A DNA stretch of 64,000 nt. Source: Octopus vulgaris (lineage: Eukaryota). The translations under genes and the position numbers were made by a program. The notes below the pieces were generated by a model. That model worked only from the letters and a program-made list of their open reading frames with translations, did no database searches and had not been told where the DNA came from. This document shows, one piece after another, positions 30,033 to 45,004 of this stretch (position 1 is its first letter; every line of letters begins with the position of its first letter). The stretch lies in assembly GCA_951406725.2 (NCBI GenBank), contig OX597828.1:1364001-1428000 (forward strand). The letters run 5' to 3'.

Positions 30033-33000
30033 GGACGTGCTGTCACTTCGACTCCGAAGGTAATCGTTTATTTTGACTATTTATAGCCCAATTTTTGTGT
30101 ACATTTTTGTAAATAAGTTGTGTAAGGCACCCAACTTTCGTTTGAGTGCTTTTCCAAGGGAGGAATTCGCCCCTAGGGGCAGTTTCAACCCCATTTCATT
30201 TCTGTAATTTTCTTCTCGACATTAGAAAATGTCAAGAAATTGTATTGTAGAACGCTGGTCGCGTTCTTTTATTGACCAGCATTTTCCTAGTTTGGAAACA
30301 CTAGGAGAAAAAAAGAACGTACGCACGCCAAGTGCAAACATGAATATCGGTGAAATGAACGCTGCAACCACGTACGGTAACAGCCCTGTCACCACCGCCA
30401 CCACCACCACTAACAACAGCAACCACGAGACTAATACTGCTACCACCACCACCTCCACCACCACCACCACCACCACTACCACGACCAACATAAATGATAA
30501 AAATAAAACTCACACGAAAACTATTGACCGTTCTGCACGCACTCGTGCAATGTCCAACCATTTCGGACCTGTGGGCTTATGCCGAACGGCTGCTGTCACG
30601 TGTGGGACGAATCCGCCTATCGGCCGAGTCTATCGTGAGTATTGCTCCGCCCCCTTCCCTCAACCGGGAAGGCAAGGCAGTTTTCATCGTACTTTAACAA
30701 CAGCAACAACAAGAACAACAATAAAAATGAACTATCTAATAGTGAAGATGTTAATACAAAAAAATCAACAACAGTAAATTTCGTGGACACTCTTCGCCAG
30801 AAGAAGGAGATTGTAACATTTACAAATGAAGAGCTCATAGAAACAAGAGCTCTCTTTACAACCCGTGGACAAGATTTAGTGCTGCATACACCTCAACACA
30901 TAAAGCAAGAAATAGAAAATAAGACAATTATATATAAAATTATTAGAAAAAACAAAAAGCTAAATGAACAGATTACAAAAACTGATGTAGAAAAATGCTT
31001 AAAAAACATAATGAAAGAAAAAGAATATATAAACTGGGGTCCCAAGTTTAACACAGTAGTGGTCCGCTTCCCTAACCAGGAAGTGGCAAAAGCTCACTCT
31101 ACTGAGACTCTGGGAAATGATGAAATCATCATGGTCCCATAGTATAAAAACTAGAGAGTGAGTCGAATCACTATTAAAAATGTACCTCCCGAGTTTCCTA
31201 ACAAATGGATAACAGGGGCAATCTGTTACCATTTAAAAAATATCAACATTTTAGAAACCGCCGTGTACCCTGGCGACATTTGGGGTGGGAAGACAATAGT
31301 GGTGACCATACAGATTGAGGGAGCCTCTATCGAGAGCCTACTGGATAAGATCCACTTGGAAAATGGGCAATGCCTATATGTTGTGGCAGAAGGCAAAAAG
31401 CCTAGATGCTACAAATGTGGCAGCCCCGAACATTTAATTGCCAAGTGCGATCTGGTACAGAAAAAACAAGAAAGAACAAACCAGAAAACAAATAAAATCC
31501 CTTTGTTGCCAACACCAACACCAACACACTCAATTATGGAACAATGCCAAGAAAAAAAAACAAACCAGCAAACAAACCCCAACAACATCACCAAGAAAAG
31601 AAACAGTGCCAACACAAGCACCGTTGACTTCACAACCAATTAAACATGTTGAATCAACAAAAAATAGACCAACACCCACACCCAGGACGACAATTAAAAA
31701 GACAGAAAACAGTGACGAGAAGACAAATGCTACCCCTAACACCACAACAACACAAACACCGCACAAAACATCAACAATTTATACAAGCATACATAGTAAT
31801 GCAAATGCTTTGCCTCTACCCCATACCGACACGTCGGACGACGAAAGTTCGACGGAATGGCAAATAGCCACGGGGGGTAAAAGAAAAAGATCCAAAAAAT
31901 CCACCAAACAAGGAAGTAAAGCAGGGAGATATCTAACACAGGACAACATCCCCCTAGACAATCAAAAAAGTAATGAACCCGTAAAACCACACACACAACT
32001 AACTGCAATAGACACAGACAATAAAGAATTAATGGACTACATCACATCCAACATGGTCATCTGTGAAGATGACTTTAAGACAAACAATCATCCGCACACC
32101 ACACCACCGAAACACATCAGAATTTTACACATAACACAAGCACAACACCACATACTGAAAACAATATTTCCGAATGCGGTAGGCGGGTATCAACGATACC
32201 TGTCGAAAAAACTATACAAACACCTCATCAAAAACAATACAAAAGAAGAAGAAAAAAATGAAACTTTTAAAATGAGTAAGTGACCTCCCTTCTTGCCTCT
32301 TGTCTCTTCTAATGTAGTGTGTAAAACACAATTTTCGTAAATGTCAAGTATGCTTAAATTAGGTTGTGTGAATGCGCGTGGCTTGGCGTCGGCTTGGAAG
32401 CAAGGTTACCTTCTAAACGACCTCAAGTCACTGGACGTGTATATAGTAGCTATCAGTGAAACCAGACTCAGTAAGCCGCGGGCCCTCGAGTCCATGTTTG
32501 GCAATCAATTTGACATTTATTTTTCTCCCTGTCTGCGGAACATGGGTGGTGGAGGTACTGCGGTGCTTTTTCGAAAGAGTCTAAAGGTAAAAGTAAGAGC
32601 AATATTCCTAGACCCGGAGGGTAGGCTGGTTGTCTTGGACGTAGATGGCAGAAATGGGTGTGCATTCCGTCTGATGGCAGTTTATGCACCGTCCTTAACA
32701 GGTCGGGCGGATTTCTTCAGACGTCTAGAGGTTTTCCTGGGTACGTCTAGACCTTTACTGTTAGTAGGGGATTGGAACGCTACCTTGGACACGCATCTAG
32801 ATTATGTGGGAAGGGATAGGAATAGAAGGGGGTGTAAGAGCCTCAAAGACCTGCTCAGACGTTTCCATTTGTCTGACAGGTTCCGACTCGACCATCCGAA
32901 CTGCCAACGTGGACTTGGACAAACCGCGTCGGATCGTCGAGATCTTATCTAGATAGAATTCTATGCAGGACAGCGGATAGGGATAGTGTAGGATGTCCAC

Positions 33001-36000
33001 AATTTAAAATAGTCAGCTACACAGATCACAAATTTGTTACGTGTACGCTCGACTTAGATAAAACACATAGGCAGGGTCCCGGTTACTGGAAACTGAACAC
33101 GTCGCTGTTAGCGCGACAGGTTTACAGGAATCGGATTAGCGAGTTAATTAAGAGGGCGCTGACGGGAGCGGTCGTTAACAACCGCTGGTGGTACGCCCTG
33201 AAAATGGCAATAAAATCGGAATCAATTAGGTTTAGCAAGGAATTAGCGATAGAACGAAATAGAGTAGAGGGAGACTTGGCTAAGAAACTAGAAGAGGCAC
33301 TTACCACTGGCAGCGCAACCAACGTGCTGGCTGCGAGGATGGCCCTCGTCCAACACCTCAACGCCAAGCACGAAGGTTGCGTCGTCAGAGCTAAAATGTG
33401 TGCCTTAAGGAAGGAAGGGATCGAAGCTGCGCGAGAGGCCCGGGTAGCGGAGGCGCAGCGTGACAACAGAGCTACCATTCGGTCTCTAATAGATCAACAG
33501 GGATGCAGTTTACTCGAACCCGAAAGGATGTGTGAGGCCTTTCAACAGCACTTTGCTCGACTGTTTGGTGCGAGTAGTGGGTCGGAACACGGGATGGATT
33601 TCAGTGCCTACCTGACCGACCTGCCGCGGCTCTCGGCAAGAGAAGCGGAGTGTTGTGAAAGTCCCATCACAGCCGCTGACGTGTGGGATGCGATGGCGGG
33701 CTGCGCGAGGGATAAGTCGCCTGGATTGGATGGTTTACCCTACGAGCTGTATTGTCGAATGCCAGACTTGTTTGGCGACCTCTTGGCATCAGTCTACTGC
33801 AACTGGCAACAAAACGGGAGAATCCCCGGTTTCGTGAGCCGAGGTGCAGTAACGTTGCTGAAGAAAGACCCAAACAAGGGGAATTTTATAGATAATTTCA
33901 GGCCCATCACTCTGCTCAACACAGATTTGAAAATTTTGGCCAAAGTAATTGCCGAGAGGTTGGCGCTTGTCATTGGTAAACTGGTCGACAGGGTGCAAAC
34001 ATGCGCCGTGCCGGGCAGAACCATACATGACAACCTCCATCTGATGCGCTACATTGTGGACAGGGTAGTTAAGGATCCTGGCATGGGTGGGGCGCTGATA
34101 AATTTGGATAGGGTCGACCATCGGAACTTGGCGGCCGTCCTCAGGGCGGCTGGCTTCGGTCCCGTCTTCCGCGGTTGGATCGCTGCCTTGTATAGCGGCA
34201 TCCGATCGGTGATTCGGGTGAACGGTCACCTGTCGAAACCGTTTGACATCACGCGTTCGGTCCGTCAGGGGTGTCCCCTGTCGGCGCTTCTGTATGTATT
34301 GACTCTCGAGCCGCTACTGCGGAAGCTGGCGACACTGAGGGGCATCCCACGGGAACTGGGTTGCGGGACGAGCGTGTCGGCATATGCGGACGATGTCACC
34401 GTCATAGTGTCGAGCGACAAACACATCAAGATGATTGGCGAGACACTAAGAAAATACGAAACGGTGACGGGAGCAAAGATTAACCCGGAAAAGTCAGTGG
34501 GCTTGCTACTCGGCACCTGGAGAAGCAAGCCCATGCCGTCCGACTGCGGCTCAGTAGTGGGACGCTGGACGGACGGACCGGTTAAAATGCTCGGGGTCTG
34601 GTTCAGTCCGGACCTCCAAATGGATAAGAACTGCGACGAGATCACGAGTAGAGTGGTCGGTCTCAGCCAAACATGGGCCGAGAGAAAGCTGTCTCTAAAA
34701 GGCCGGGCGGAGGTGGCGAACGCGTACATCGCATCCGTCATCGATTACCGCCTGACCGTCGTACCTTGTCCCGACGCCACCATCACCAAACTGGAACGCA
34801 TACTCTTCCGCTTCCTGTGGAAGGGTGGCGTTCCGATGGTGAGGAAATCCATTTGCTGTCAACATCCGTTGAATGGAGGACTGGGCATGCCGTGGTTGAT
34901 GATGCGCAGGCATGCGCTGAGACTGCGACATCTCTGGAAATTCATCGACGACGGTGAACAGGTGTGGGCGCCGTTTGTGAGGCGCGACTTCCCGCAGCTC
35001 GTCTCACTGACCGAACTGCAAACGTGGATCAAAAAGAGACCGAAACTGGGCGATTGGCACCGAGAGTGTCGCAAAGCTCTACAGCAGCTCTGCCGACCGG
35101 GGTCAAACTTGTGCAACTTACAAACGACTAAAGCGTTCTATAGAGGACTAGTGGAGGGGAGGTTCGACGACACACTCGGGGCAAACCTGGGCGTCGACGA
35201 AGAATTCCTAACTCGCCTGTTCAGGACGACGTTTGGGCTGGGGCCTATGGATAACTTCCAGAAATCCCTGGCTTGGCAGTGCTATCGAGACGCACTACCT
35301 GTTCGAGAGAAGAGCTACAGACACGGTTCGAAAACCATCACCGGATCGACCTGCCCGAGATGCGGTCAGAGCGACGAAACCGTTCTGCACGCACTCGTGC
35401 AGTGTCCAGATATTTCAGAGCTGTGGTCCTTCGTCGAACAGCTGTTGTCACGTGTAGGTCGGGCTAGCCTATCGGCCGAGTCTATCATGAATATTGTTCC
35501 ACCACCTTCCTTTAAACGGGAAGGGAAAACGGTTTTCGTTACGCTGATGGCTATGGCGAAAGAATGTGTGTGGTGGACGCGTTTGAAAGGACTGCAAACA
35601 AACACCTTCCTCTCTGGTCAGTCTCTCGTCAACTTTTTCAAGTACCACTCGAAAAGGAGGATGAGAATAGAGAGGAAGGCTTTGTCGAACGAATGTTTTA
35701 ATAAAAAGTGGGTAAAAGTGGCAAAAATGGTCAGTATGAAAGACGACACTATTTTAAGCATAAATCTGTAACCAAAAGAGACAACGAGAAGTAAGGCGAC
35801 TTACTCATGTGTTCTTTTTCGAATTGTCTGAGGTGACCTTGGTCTTTTTTGTAGGTTTTTCTTTCCAAGGCTACACCTAAACTGTGAACCTTATATATAT
35901 ATATATATTGCTTTTTTATACACCACACAACCCACAGATCCCTATTGATCAAACGTTTTTTTTTTGTGCCCCACCCATCCCACCTCGAAAAGAAAAAATT

Positions 36001-36060
36001 CTAAATTGTATTTCGTCCATTTTTATTCTGTGTTTAGCCCTGTGTGGCTACAATAAAAAG

Positions 36061-36061
<1 letters not shown>
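30033..36061 (+). mobile_element. Tx1-clade LINE copy D (full-length, few lesions)
   Basis: ORF1 from 30229 (CYKCGSPEHLIAKC) to 32283 with breaks. ORF2 32341-35771 with one frameshift near 32900 and APE, RT (YADD) and CCHC domains. Conserved 3'UTR, AATAAA, (ATCT)n. Confidence 0.93.
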
Positions 36062-36143
<82 letters not shown>

Positions 36144-36200
36144 AACAACAAAAAATTTAGAGATCTCTTATGTAAAGATAAGTTAAGTGATTGATAATAA

Positions 36201-36284
<84 letters not shown>

Positions 36285-36285
36285 A
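36062..36285 (+). repeat. (ATCT)n tracts (36062-36142 and 36201-36285)
   Basis: Directly visible. Confidence 0.95.
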
Positions 36286-36689
36286 TACATCTGTCTATTT
36301 ATCAAGCATACATACGCAGGTATACACGCGTATGTTGTAGTTCCTACATTTTCAGTGTTGCAAGTCAAATGAATGAGAATGGACGTGAAGTGGGGTTTTT
36401 CTGTACTCCATTTGAGAACACTAGTAATATTTTGAATTCATAAATCTTTTGTTACGTCACCCCGTATACTAAGGATGATAAGAATAGACAAAAATATTTT
36501 TCAGAGTACAAAAGCAACCGATTTCGCATTTTATTCCTCCCACCAAAACAACAAAAGACAAAGCAAACAAAACCAAATAAAAACAAAAGAGACTGTCATT
36601 TTGGCTTTGTAGATACAAGTACACTGAAAGACAGCATGGCCACGGTTGGGACGCCTTTTATCATACATTTATTCGATCAGAGCGTGGGT

Positions 36690-36950
36690 AATATAGAAAT
36701 ATATTTCTTTGTTACCCACAATATGCTAAACATAGAGGGGAAAAACAAAGACAGACAAAGGGATAAAGTCAACTACATCGACCCCAGTGCGTCACTGGTA
36801 CTTTATTTATCAACACCGAAACGATGAAAGGCAAAGTCGACCTCGGCGGAATTTGAACTCAGAACGTAGCGACAGACGAAATACTGCTGAGCATTTCGCC
36901 CGGTGTGCTAACGTTTCTGCCAGCTCGCCGCCTTGACCAGCTCGCCGCCT
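36690..36950 (-). mobile_element. tRNA-derived SINE
   Basis: Minus-strand head ggcggcgagctggcagaaacgttagc...gagttcaaattccgccgaggtcgactttgcctttcat, same family as 43925-44560. Confidence 0.8.
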
Positions 36951-37409
36951 TAGGTAATATAGAAATAAACAACACGGACAACAACACATAACCAACGAAC
37001 CACAATGCGAACAACTACAGCATGAGGAACAATACGAATAATCACAACTTGAAGAACAACACGAACACAGCAACACGACGCAACAACAGAAACAAGCATT
37101 CACTTTCCTAAAACCTCGGTAGAAATCCTAGAAATGCACTAGAAACTACAAAAGTATATTATAGGCTCTAGAATTGTCGAAAGACAACACTTACTCACTC
37201 ACTCTCTTTCTTTCTTTCTTTCTTTCTTTCTTTTTGTCTTTCTTTTTGTCTTTATTAAACGCGCACACACTCATTCATACACCACATGCACGCGCTTACA
37301 TATACATATAATGTGTCTGTGAATGCATGTATATGTGTTAGCGTGTGTATATGTGTGTGTATATGTATATATATATGTATATATATATATATAGACATGT
37401 ATCTGTCTA

Positions 37410-37463
<54 letters not shown>

Positions 37464-37884
37464 TGTGTATATAAATGTGTACGTCCTAGCAATATAGCCC
37501 TCCTTTAACCCCGACACGAAATAACACATTCACTAATATTTTTTTTACAGTTGTATCCCGTTGCGAGAAAGCTTCTTACCCCTTTATTTTTTTTATTTTC
37601 GCCCCACTGCCACTGGTTCTGGTAGTCTGTACTACTCCTAGTGCAATGTTTTTGATTATTTATCTTTCTATGTTGAACGTTATGTTTATTTTGCATCGAG
37701 TGCTACCGCTGTACTTGCATGGCCATCGTTGCCCTGGACCTAATAGACTCTACGTCTACCACCCCCGCTACCCGCTACCCACCTATCCCTGCTGATTAGT
37801 AAACAGACAGTGTCTTCTGTTACAGTAACACTACAAAGTAAACAAAACTCACTACCGTATTTATTATACTTTTATATGTTTGTG

Positions 37885-37918
<34 letters not shown>

Positions 37919-38108
37919 TGTATGTATGTATGTATGTATGTATGTATGTATGTATGTATGTATATAATATGTATATTATCTATGTATATATGTATGTATG
38001 CATAAATACATATGTATATATGTTTGTGCATGTGCGCGCTTGTATGTTTGCATATATGTATATATGTATGTATGTATATATATACATATATACATGTATA
38101 TATATATT

Positions 38109-38219
<111 letters not shown>

Positions 38220-38414
38220 ATGTATTCTCAGTAGTTTTCTTGGTGCTATTCTGTGGTAACTTGACCGAGTCTGTGCCATTCTTGTTAATGTAGGTTTGTA
38301 GATTTACCTGTAGTCTGCATACATCCATTGACTTCCTTGTCCCTTCACATCCGTGCGCATCCACGCACGAAAAGGCTATTCATTCTTTCTCCCACACACG
38401 TACGCAAGCATGCA

Positions 38415-41400
38415 TCTAATAATATATAAAATAGTAATGCATGCGTATTCACTTTTCACGCAAAAACCGGCTTCACCAGTTGCTTTCATACTTGTGATGC
38501 ATGAATAAGTTGACCTCGGACAAATAGTAGGCTGTTCAGTTGAATTTTTTTATTAACAATTATTAGAAATTTAAAAAAAATATTGCTTTTTATATTACAT
38601 TCACGTCTTTGAAAGTTTTTAGAATATTTAATTCTGGTTTTCTAGCATCAGTGACGTAACATGTCTGTAACGAACTTAACGTGTGAGGTGTGAATATCCT
38701 CGTGCACTTTTGGGGTGCACAAAGCAATCACTCACTAGCCGTTACTTAAATAATCCAGAATTCTACAAGTCAGAAACAACAAGACGCAGACGTAAAATAT
38801 ACATATAACTACTTTATTCTCTTTCTTGGTAAACAATAACAATAAGTGTGTTATCTGATGTCCTTGATTCTGGGCGCGCAAGGCTGAAAATTCATAGATT
38901 GTAATATTTACAATCTTCAGCCCAAAACAGAAAGGGTCCAAGATGGCGTCGAACAATGGAGACGATGTTGGTCTGCAACAATTTTGGTTAAAGCCCTTTT
39001 GGTAAAGGACTGCTAGAATCAGTTCGAATGGAGAGAATATATGCGTGACCGTCGCCGTCAATCGCTGGGTCCCAAGTCACCGAGGACTGGACGCTGGTAG
39101 TCAACGTCTTACGACCCCCTTGCCTCGCTAACTGCTACGTAGGCAATAGGGTCGTGCTACCGGTGGTTCGCGCATGCGCGAGAGGGCCTTCCTTTCTGTG
39201 CCTTGGTGAAGGCACCAACACGCGCGAAATACAAATGGGCGGTGCGCGAGCGCGCGCCGTTGTCGGATCACTACATGTCTTTTTATGCATATCTCTCTAT
39301 CTATCTCTATCTCTCTGTAACATATCTCTCTATCTACATTTATCTTCACTTTCATTTTTCAGACGCTATTTTTTTCACTTTCAATTTTCATACGCTATTG
39401 TTTAACTTCGATGTTATTATTTTAACTGTATGTTGAAGTTTTCAATCGCTATTTACAAACAAGCAACGACAAATTACTGACAGAAAGAAGTTCACATTTA
39501 CTGATGTAAGTAATTTCATAATTTACCGACAGAAGTATCTTCATAAATTTCAATTCAATCCGTAAAGTTTTGTGTTTTTCTATTGTTGACGGTTTCTTTT
39601 TGGCTCCTTCGATACTGGCTCTTTGGTTCACTGACTAACAAATTTCTCTTCAACCCATACAATACTTTATTTTCTGTTAAAATTTCTTACTTTCTGCCCG
39701 TCGTTTAAAGAAACATAATTTCCGTTAATAAGTTATTTTCATTGTTTACTATATTCTGCACTCGTGTATTTCTGTATACATTTATAACCATGCCTAGAAG
39801 GAAAGTGTCAAATTTGTCGGCATAACTACATATTTCTGTCCCCTCCCCCTCTTTGGATGATCATGACTTTCAGAAAAATGGATATTTTTTAATGAAATTT
39901 TCTACGAATATGTGTTATATCATGTAGATTCCGAATATACAAAATTGTTTTGGGGCGTATTTTAGAAAGGGGTGGGGTGGAGAATTTCTGAAAATTCACC
40001 GGGGTCCACTTCAATTCGTCTTAACTTTCAAGAAAATGGATATTTTTTAATGAAATTCCCAACAAATATATCTTGGACTATGTAGATTCTGAGGACATAG
40101 GAATATTGGGGGGAAACAATTGGGGGTTATTTTTGAGAACTGTTCCCCACTTGGGGTGGGTGTGTTTGGAACAAATCCTCCAAATTTGCTTCATTTTCTC
40201 CGTTTTGTGCGTTTGTGCACCCGTAGATTTCTACTGAAGCAATAAACAGGCAATGAAGGCAAATGATGCCCTTACAACAAAACTCGTTATGCTAAAAACA
40301 ACATCTAAAGGTCTGGTACACAGAAATGTTATTAAGACGACTTATCTGTTGCATACGATTTTTTTTTCATTTCAAGTAAATTTCCAGGTCAACGTTTCTA
40401 ATAGAAAGGTAAAAGACACCAGAAGCAAAAATAAGGAATATACACGCACAGTTAAATATAGAAGTGTAAAGTATAATTTGTTACATAATCTCTATAAAAA
40501 ATTGATATTGAATGGAATAAGTCCCCGTTTGAACTTTTTTAATTACATATATATGTGTGCATGGTAGAAATCTACAGATGCACAAACGTACAAAACGGAC
40601 AAAATGAAATAAATATGGACGACTTGTTCCGAAACACCCCCGGGTGGGGAACGGTTCTCAAAAACTACTCAGAGTGCTACTATCTAAGGCTTCTATTGCA
40701 CCATGTCAAGGGACCCACAACATTTACAGCCCTATGTACGGTTGATAACACAGGATGTCAAACATATCGCCAGGCTTGCCATCTCGGAGGTCTTCTGGAA
40801 GATGAGGCACACTGGGATGCCACTATAACAGAGGCGCAAATGTGCAAGTCTCCTATGCAGCTGAGAAACCTCTTCTCCATCATGCTGGTGAACTGTGGAT
40901 TATCAAATCCAAATCAACTTTGGTACAAAACAAGGAGGGGCCTTTCTGAAGACATTCTTCAAAGAATTCAATATCAGTGTGACGGTGATGTCACGTTCGA
41001 TGATGACATCTTCAACGATGCATTAAGATTAATAGACAACAAGGTTCAATCACTGGGTGGAAACAAACCTGAAATCTATGGTCTTCCAGCTCCTGTCAGA
41101 GATGTTCAACACAAGAGATAATCAAGGAAGCATCATACAACAAGCAGTTGTCAATGAAAAGGAACCAATTGTGGTACAGGATCAAAAGGAGATATACTGG
41201 CAAGTTCTGACATTTGTGGACAATAACACTGGAGGGGGTCTTCTTTTTAGATGCTCCTGGAGGCACAGGAAAGACATTGTTGATCAACCTGCTCCTTGCC
41301 AAGGTGAGACAGAAGAAGAAGATTGCTCTGGCTGTTGCATCCTTTGGAATTGCAGCCACACTCCTAATAGGTGGAAGAACAGCCCATTCAACATTCAAGC

Positions 41401-42669
41401 TGCCTCTGAACCTCATCCAAAAGGAATCTCCTTTATGCAACATATCCAAGAATACAGCGTTAGCAAAGCTCCTTACAGATGCCAAACTCATTGTCTGGGA
41501 TGAGGCAACAATGTCTCATAAGGCAACCGTTGAAACTCTTGATACAACACTACAAGACTTCAGAAACAATAAGATCATGGGTGGTGTCACCCTCCTCATG
41601 GCTGGTGACTTCAGGCAAACGCTGCCTATCAATCCCAGAGGAACAAGGGCAGATGAGCTGAGAGCTTGCATCAGGTCCCCATATATCCGTCAACATGTCA
41701 AGCAGCTTACTCTGACAACCAGCATGAGGTTTCACATTCATGGTGACCCGTTAACCGCACAGTTCTCCAACAACTTACTTGATATTGGAAATGGAAAACT
41801 TCCACAAGGTCCAGAAGATAGTCTGCACCACCTTCCATGTGGTAATATGACTGCCTCCCTTGACGACCTGAAGAGCAAGGTATTTCCAAACATTTCCACA
41901 AACTATAATGTCACAAGTGGTTATCTGAAAGAACAATTCTGGTACCTAGGAATGATGCTGTAGACAAGCTGAATCTAAATTTGTTGTCTCAGCTTCTAGG
42001 ACATGAATGTTCATACAGATCAACCGACTCTGTCCGTGATGAAGAACAGGCAACGCATTACCCAGTGGAGTTCCTCAATACACTTCATCCACCAGGATTT
42101 TTACCACACATCTGATCCTGCAAACAGATGCTCTCATAATGCTACTAAGAAACCTTGATGCACCCAGACATTGCAATGGAACAAGGTTGGTTGTTAAAAC
42201 AGCCATGCCCCATGTATTGGAAGCAACAATAATTATAGGTAATATGATGGGTGAGAATGTATTCATTCCAAGGATACCTCTCATCTCAAATGATTTCCCC
42301 TTTCAGTTCAAGAGACTGCAGTTTCCTGTCAAACTTAGCTTTGCAATGTCTATCTACAAAGCGCATGGTCAATCTCTAAAGGTGGTGGGACTTAACCTCC
42401 TTCAACCTTGCGTCTTCACATGGTCAGCTGTATGTTGGATGTTCTAGAGTTGGAGATGAAAAGAACCTCTACATTCTCAGTGATAATCATAGCAAGACAG
42501 AAAATACAGTATATGAAGAAACACTTACATGAACTGTAGGTCCATGTCATAGACAGAAGTGTAAAACCATCGAGTGTTAAAGTATTATCGTTATACATTC
42601 ACTTTTCGACTAACATGCGTGAATGTATATCTGTGTGTATAAAAGTGAAACAATAACGTGATATATTCG

Positions 42670-42752
<83 letters not shown>

Positions 42753-43016
42753 CTATGCACAGCCTTTCATTGTTTATAATCTGTACCTGTTTTTTGGTTA
42801 CAAAATAAGTTAGACAAACGAATATTTACATTATATACATATATGAGTTGCAAACTTTCTATTCACATGTCACTTAAGGTCTATGTTCCATGCTGGCATG
42901 GGTTGAAGAGTTATGTAGAAAGTTGGTATCTCAGTTACTAGCTGTTGAAACATGCGTAATCTAGACGGTGTTTTTAAATTTCATTATTTAACCCGGGCAA
43001 CGCCGGGTATTTCTGC
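38415..43016 (+). mobile_element. Helitron with a decayed Rep/PIF1-helicase region
   Basis: A|TC 5' end at 38415. ECYYLRLLL..VKGPT, Walker A APGGTGKT, WDEA, GDFRQTLP, NLD..R.CNGTRL and QFPVKLSFAMSI.K..GQSL motifs (40660-42450). 3' hairpin ACCCGG-GCAACG-CCGGGT at 42991-43008. The terminal CTAG is not intact. Confidence 0.85.
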
Positions 43017-43924
43017 ATATATATATATATTTGCACACGCAATTAAATTTAAGGTGTGTGTGTGTGTGCTTATGTATGTAATTCAAACGCAGTCTTGTGA
43101 GCGCACGTATTCTTCTCTCCTATTCATCGCTAAGGAATTTCACCCATCAATTACTTCTTGGTTTCCATCTCTCTCAGGTCGCCCTTGTTGCACCATTGTT
43201 CTGCGTTGTTTCGTTTTGTTTAATTTTCGTCGTAATCGATTAATGTTTATTTTCATCGTAAAAGAATTCATTTTTATTTAATTTTATTGTACTTAGAATT
43301 GTTTTTATTTTTTTCATCCCAGTTTCTAGTTTTCTCCGCCCTGTCACTAAGGCTCAACTCAATTTCTCCTGTTTTTGTGCTTCGTTTTCATTGTATCTAT
43401 TGCACAATAACCATGTGCCAGGGGTGACCAAACAACGGCTTGTAGGCCGCATGCAGCTCTTTGACTGTAAAAGTCGAGGACTGTTAAAGCCGGGGTAGAC
43501 TTTGCCTTTCATCCTTTTAGGATCAATAAAATAGATAGCAGCTGAGCCCTGGAGTTGATGTAATAAACTTATCCACCTCCCTCGAAATTTCTGGCTTTGT
43601 ACCAAAATTTGAAACCAATATATATGGCTCGTGGAAATATGCTGGCTGGGCTCTTTTTTTTATCGCAGTTATTTAAAAGTTAAATAAAACGAATTCAAAC
43701 TTTATAATTTTTTTTTATTGAATATGAATTGATGATATCAGCATTCCTACTTCTGTGGGAAGGGGAAACGGCGTTACCAACTATTTCAAATAAACACAAA
43801 TATAAAATTGGAATGAATTAAAAAAAAATTCCAGTTTGTCTCTTCTGTTCTTTATCTCACACTACGTGTCACATTTGTCTATTCGCAATGGCTATTGTCG
43901 CATTTTCTGCTTAGAATCATATCG

Positions 43925-44560
43925 ATTTCAAATTTCGGCTCAAAGCCAGCAATTTCAGGGGTGGGGGTAAGTCGATTACATCGACCCCAGTACTCAATTG
44001 GTACTTATTTTATCGACCCCGAATGAAAAGCAATGCCGACCTCAGAGGAATTTGAACTCAGAACGTAAAGACGGACAAAATGCCGTTAAGCTTGTTGTCT
44101 GGAGTACTAACGATTCAGCAAGCTCTCTGCCTTTTTACTTAGAATAATATTGATATCATTTACTCTTTTCTACTCTAGGCACAAGGCTCGAAATTTTTGG
44201 TGTGGCCAGTCGATTAGATCGATCCCAGTACGCAACTGGTACTTAATTTATCGACCTCGAAAGGATGAAAGGCAAAGTCGACCTCGGCGGAATTCGAGCT
44301 CAGAACGTAAAGACAGACGAAATACCTATTTCCTTACTGCCCACAAGGGGCTACACACGGAGAGGACAAACAAGGACAGACAAACGGATTAAGTCGATTA
44401 TATATCGACCCCAGTGTGTAACTGGTACTTATTTAATCGACCCCGAAAGGATGAAAGGCAAAGTCGACCTCGGCGGAATTTGAACTCAGAACGTAGCAGC
44501 AGACGAAATACCGCTAAGCATTTCGCTCGGCGCGCTAACGTTTCTGCCAGCTCAGTGCCT
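43925..44560 (-). mobile_element. Tandem cluster of tRNA-derived SINE copies
   Basis: Three repeats of atcgaccccag...ggtactt...gaaaggcaaagtcgacctcggcggaatttgaactcagaacgt. Confidence 0.8.
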
Positions 44561-45004
44561 TATGACTGATTCATTTATTTATCTCAATAATTTATTTGAT
44601 TTTACTTCATGATAGAGCACCTACTAATGCAGCAATGGGCAACAGAAACAATTCTGAACGATAATGCTAGACCTGAGTGAGGCAATGTTATTTAGTGCTG
44701 AGCGTAGGAATGGTAAGGGGCAAAGGGAATAAAGAAATTTAAGGTAAGCAATGGTTACAGAAAAAAATCAGAAGACTGAGTAAGAAGGTTAAACATGTGG
44801 GCGTGTGGGGGAAGGGTTGAGACTGGCCACAGATAGCTTTATGAGCCTAACCCTGACACACTCTTATAGTGTACATTAATACAATGTAATACAAGTCGTT
44901 CAACTGTACATACCTTGCTGGTGCCTTACTGAGAATTATGGGTACCTTGTTGGTAGAGTTGGATGCAAGTTTTGTTTTACAAGTATCGATGAAAAAATTT
45001 CGAA

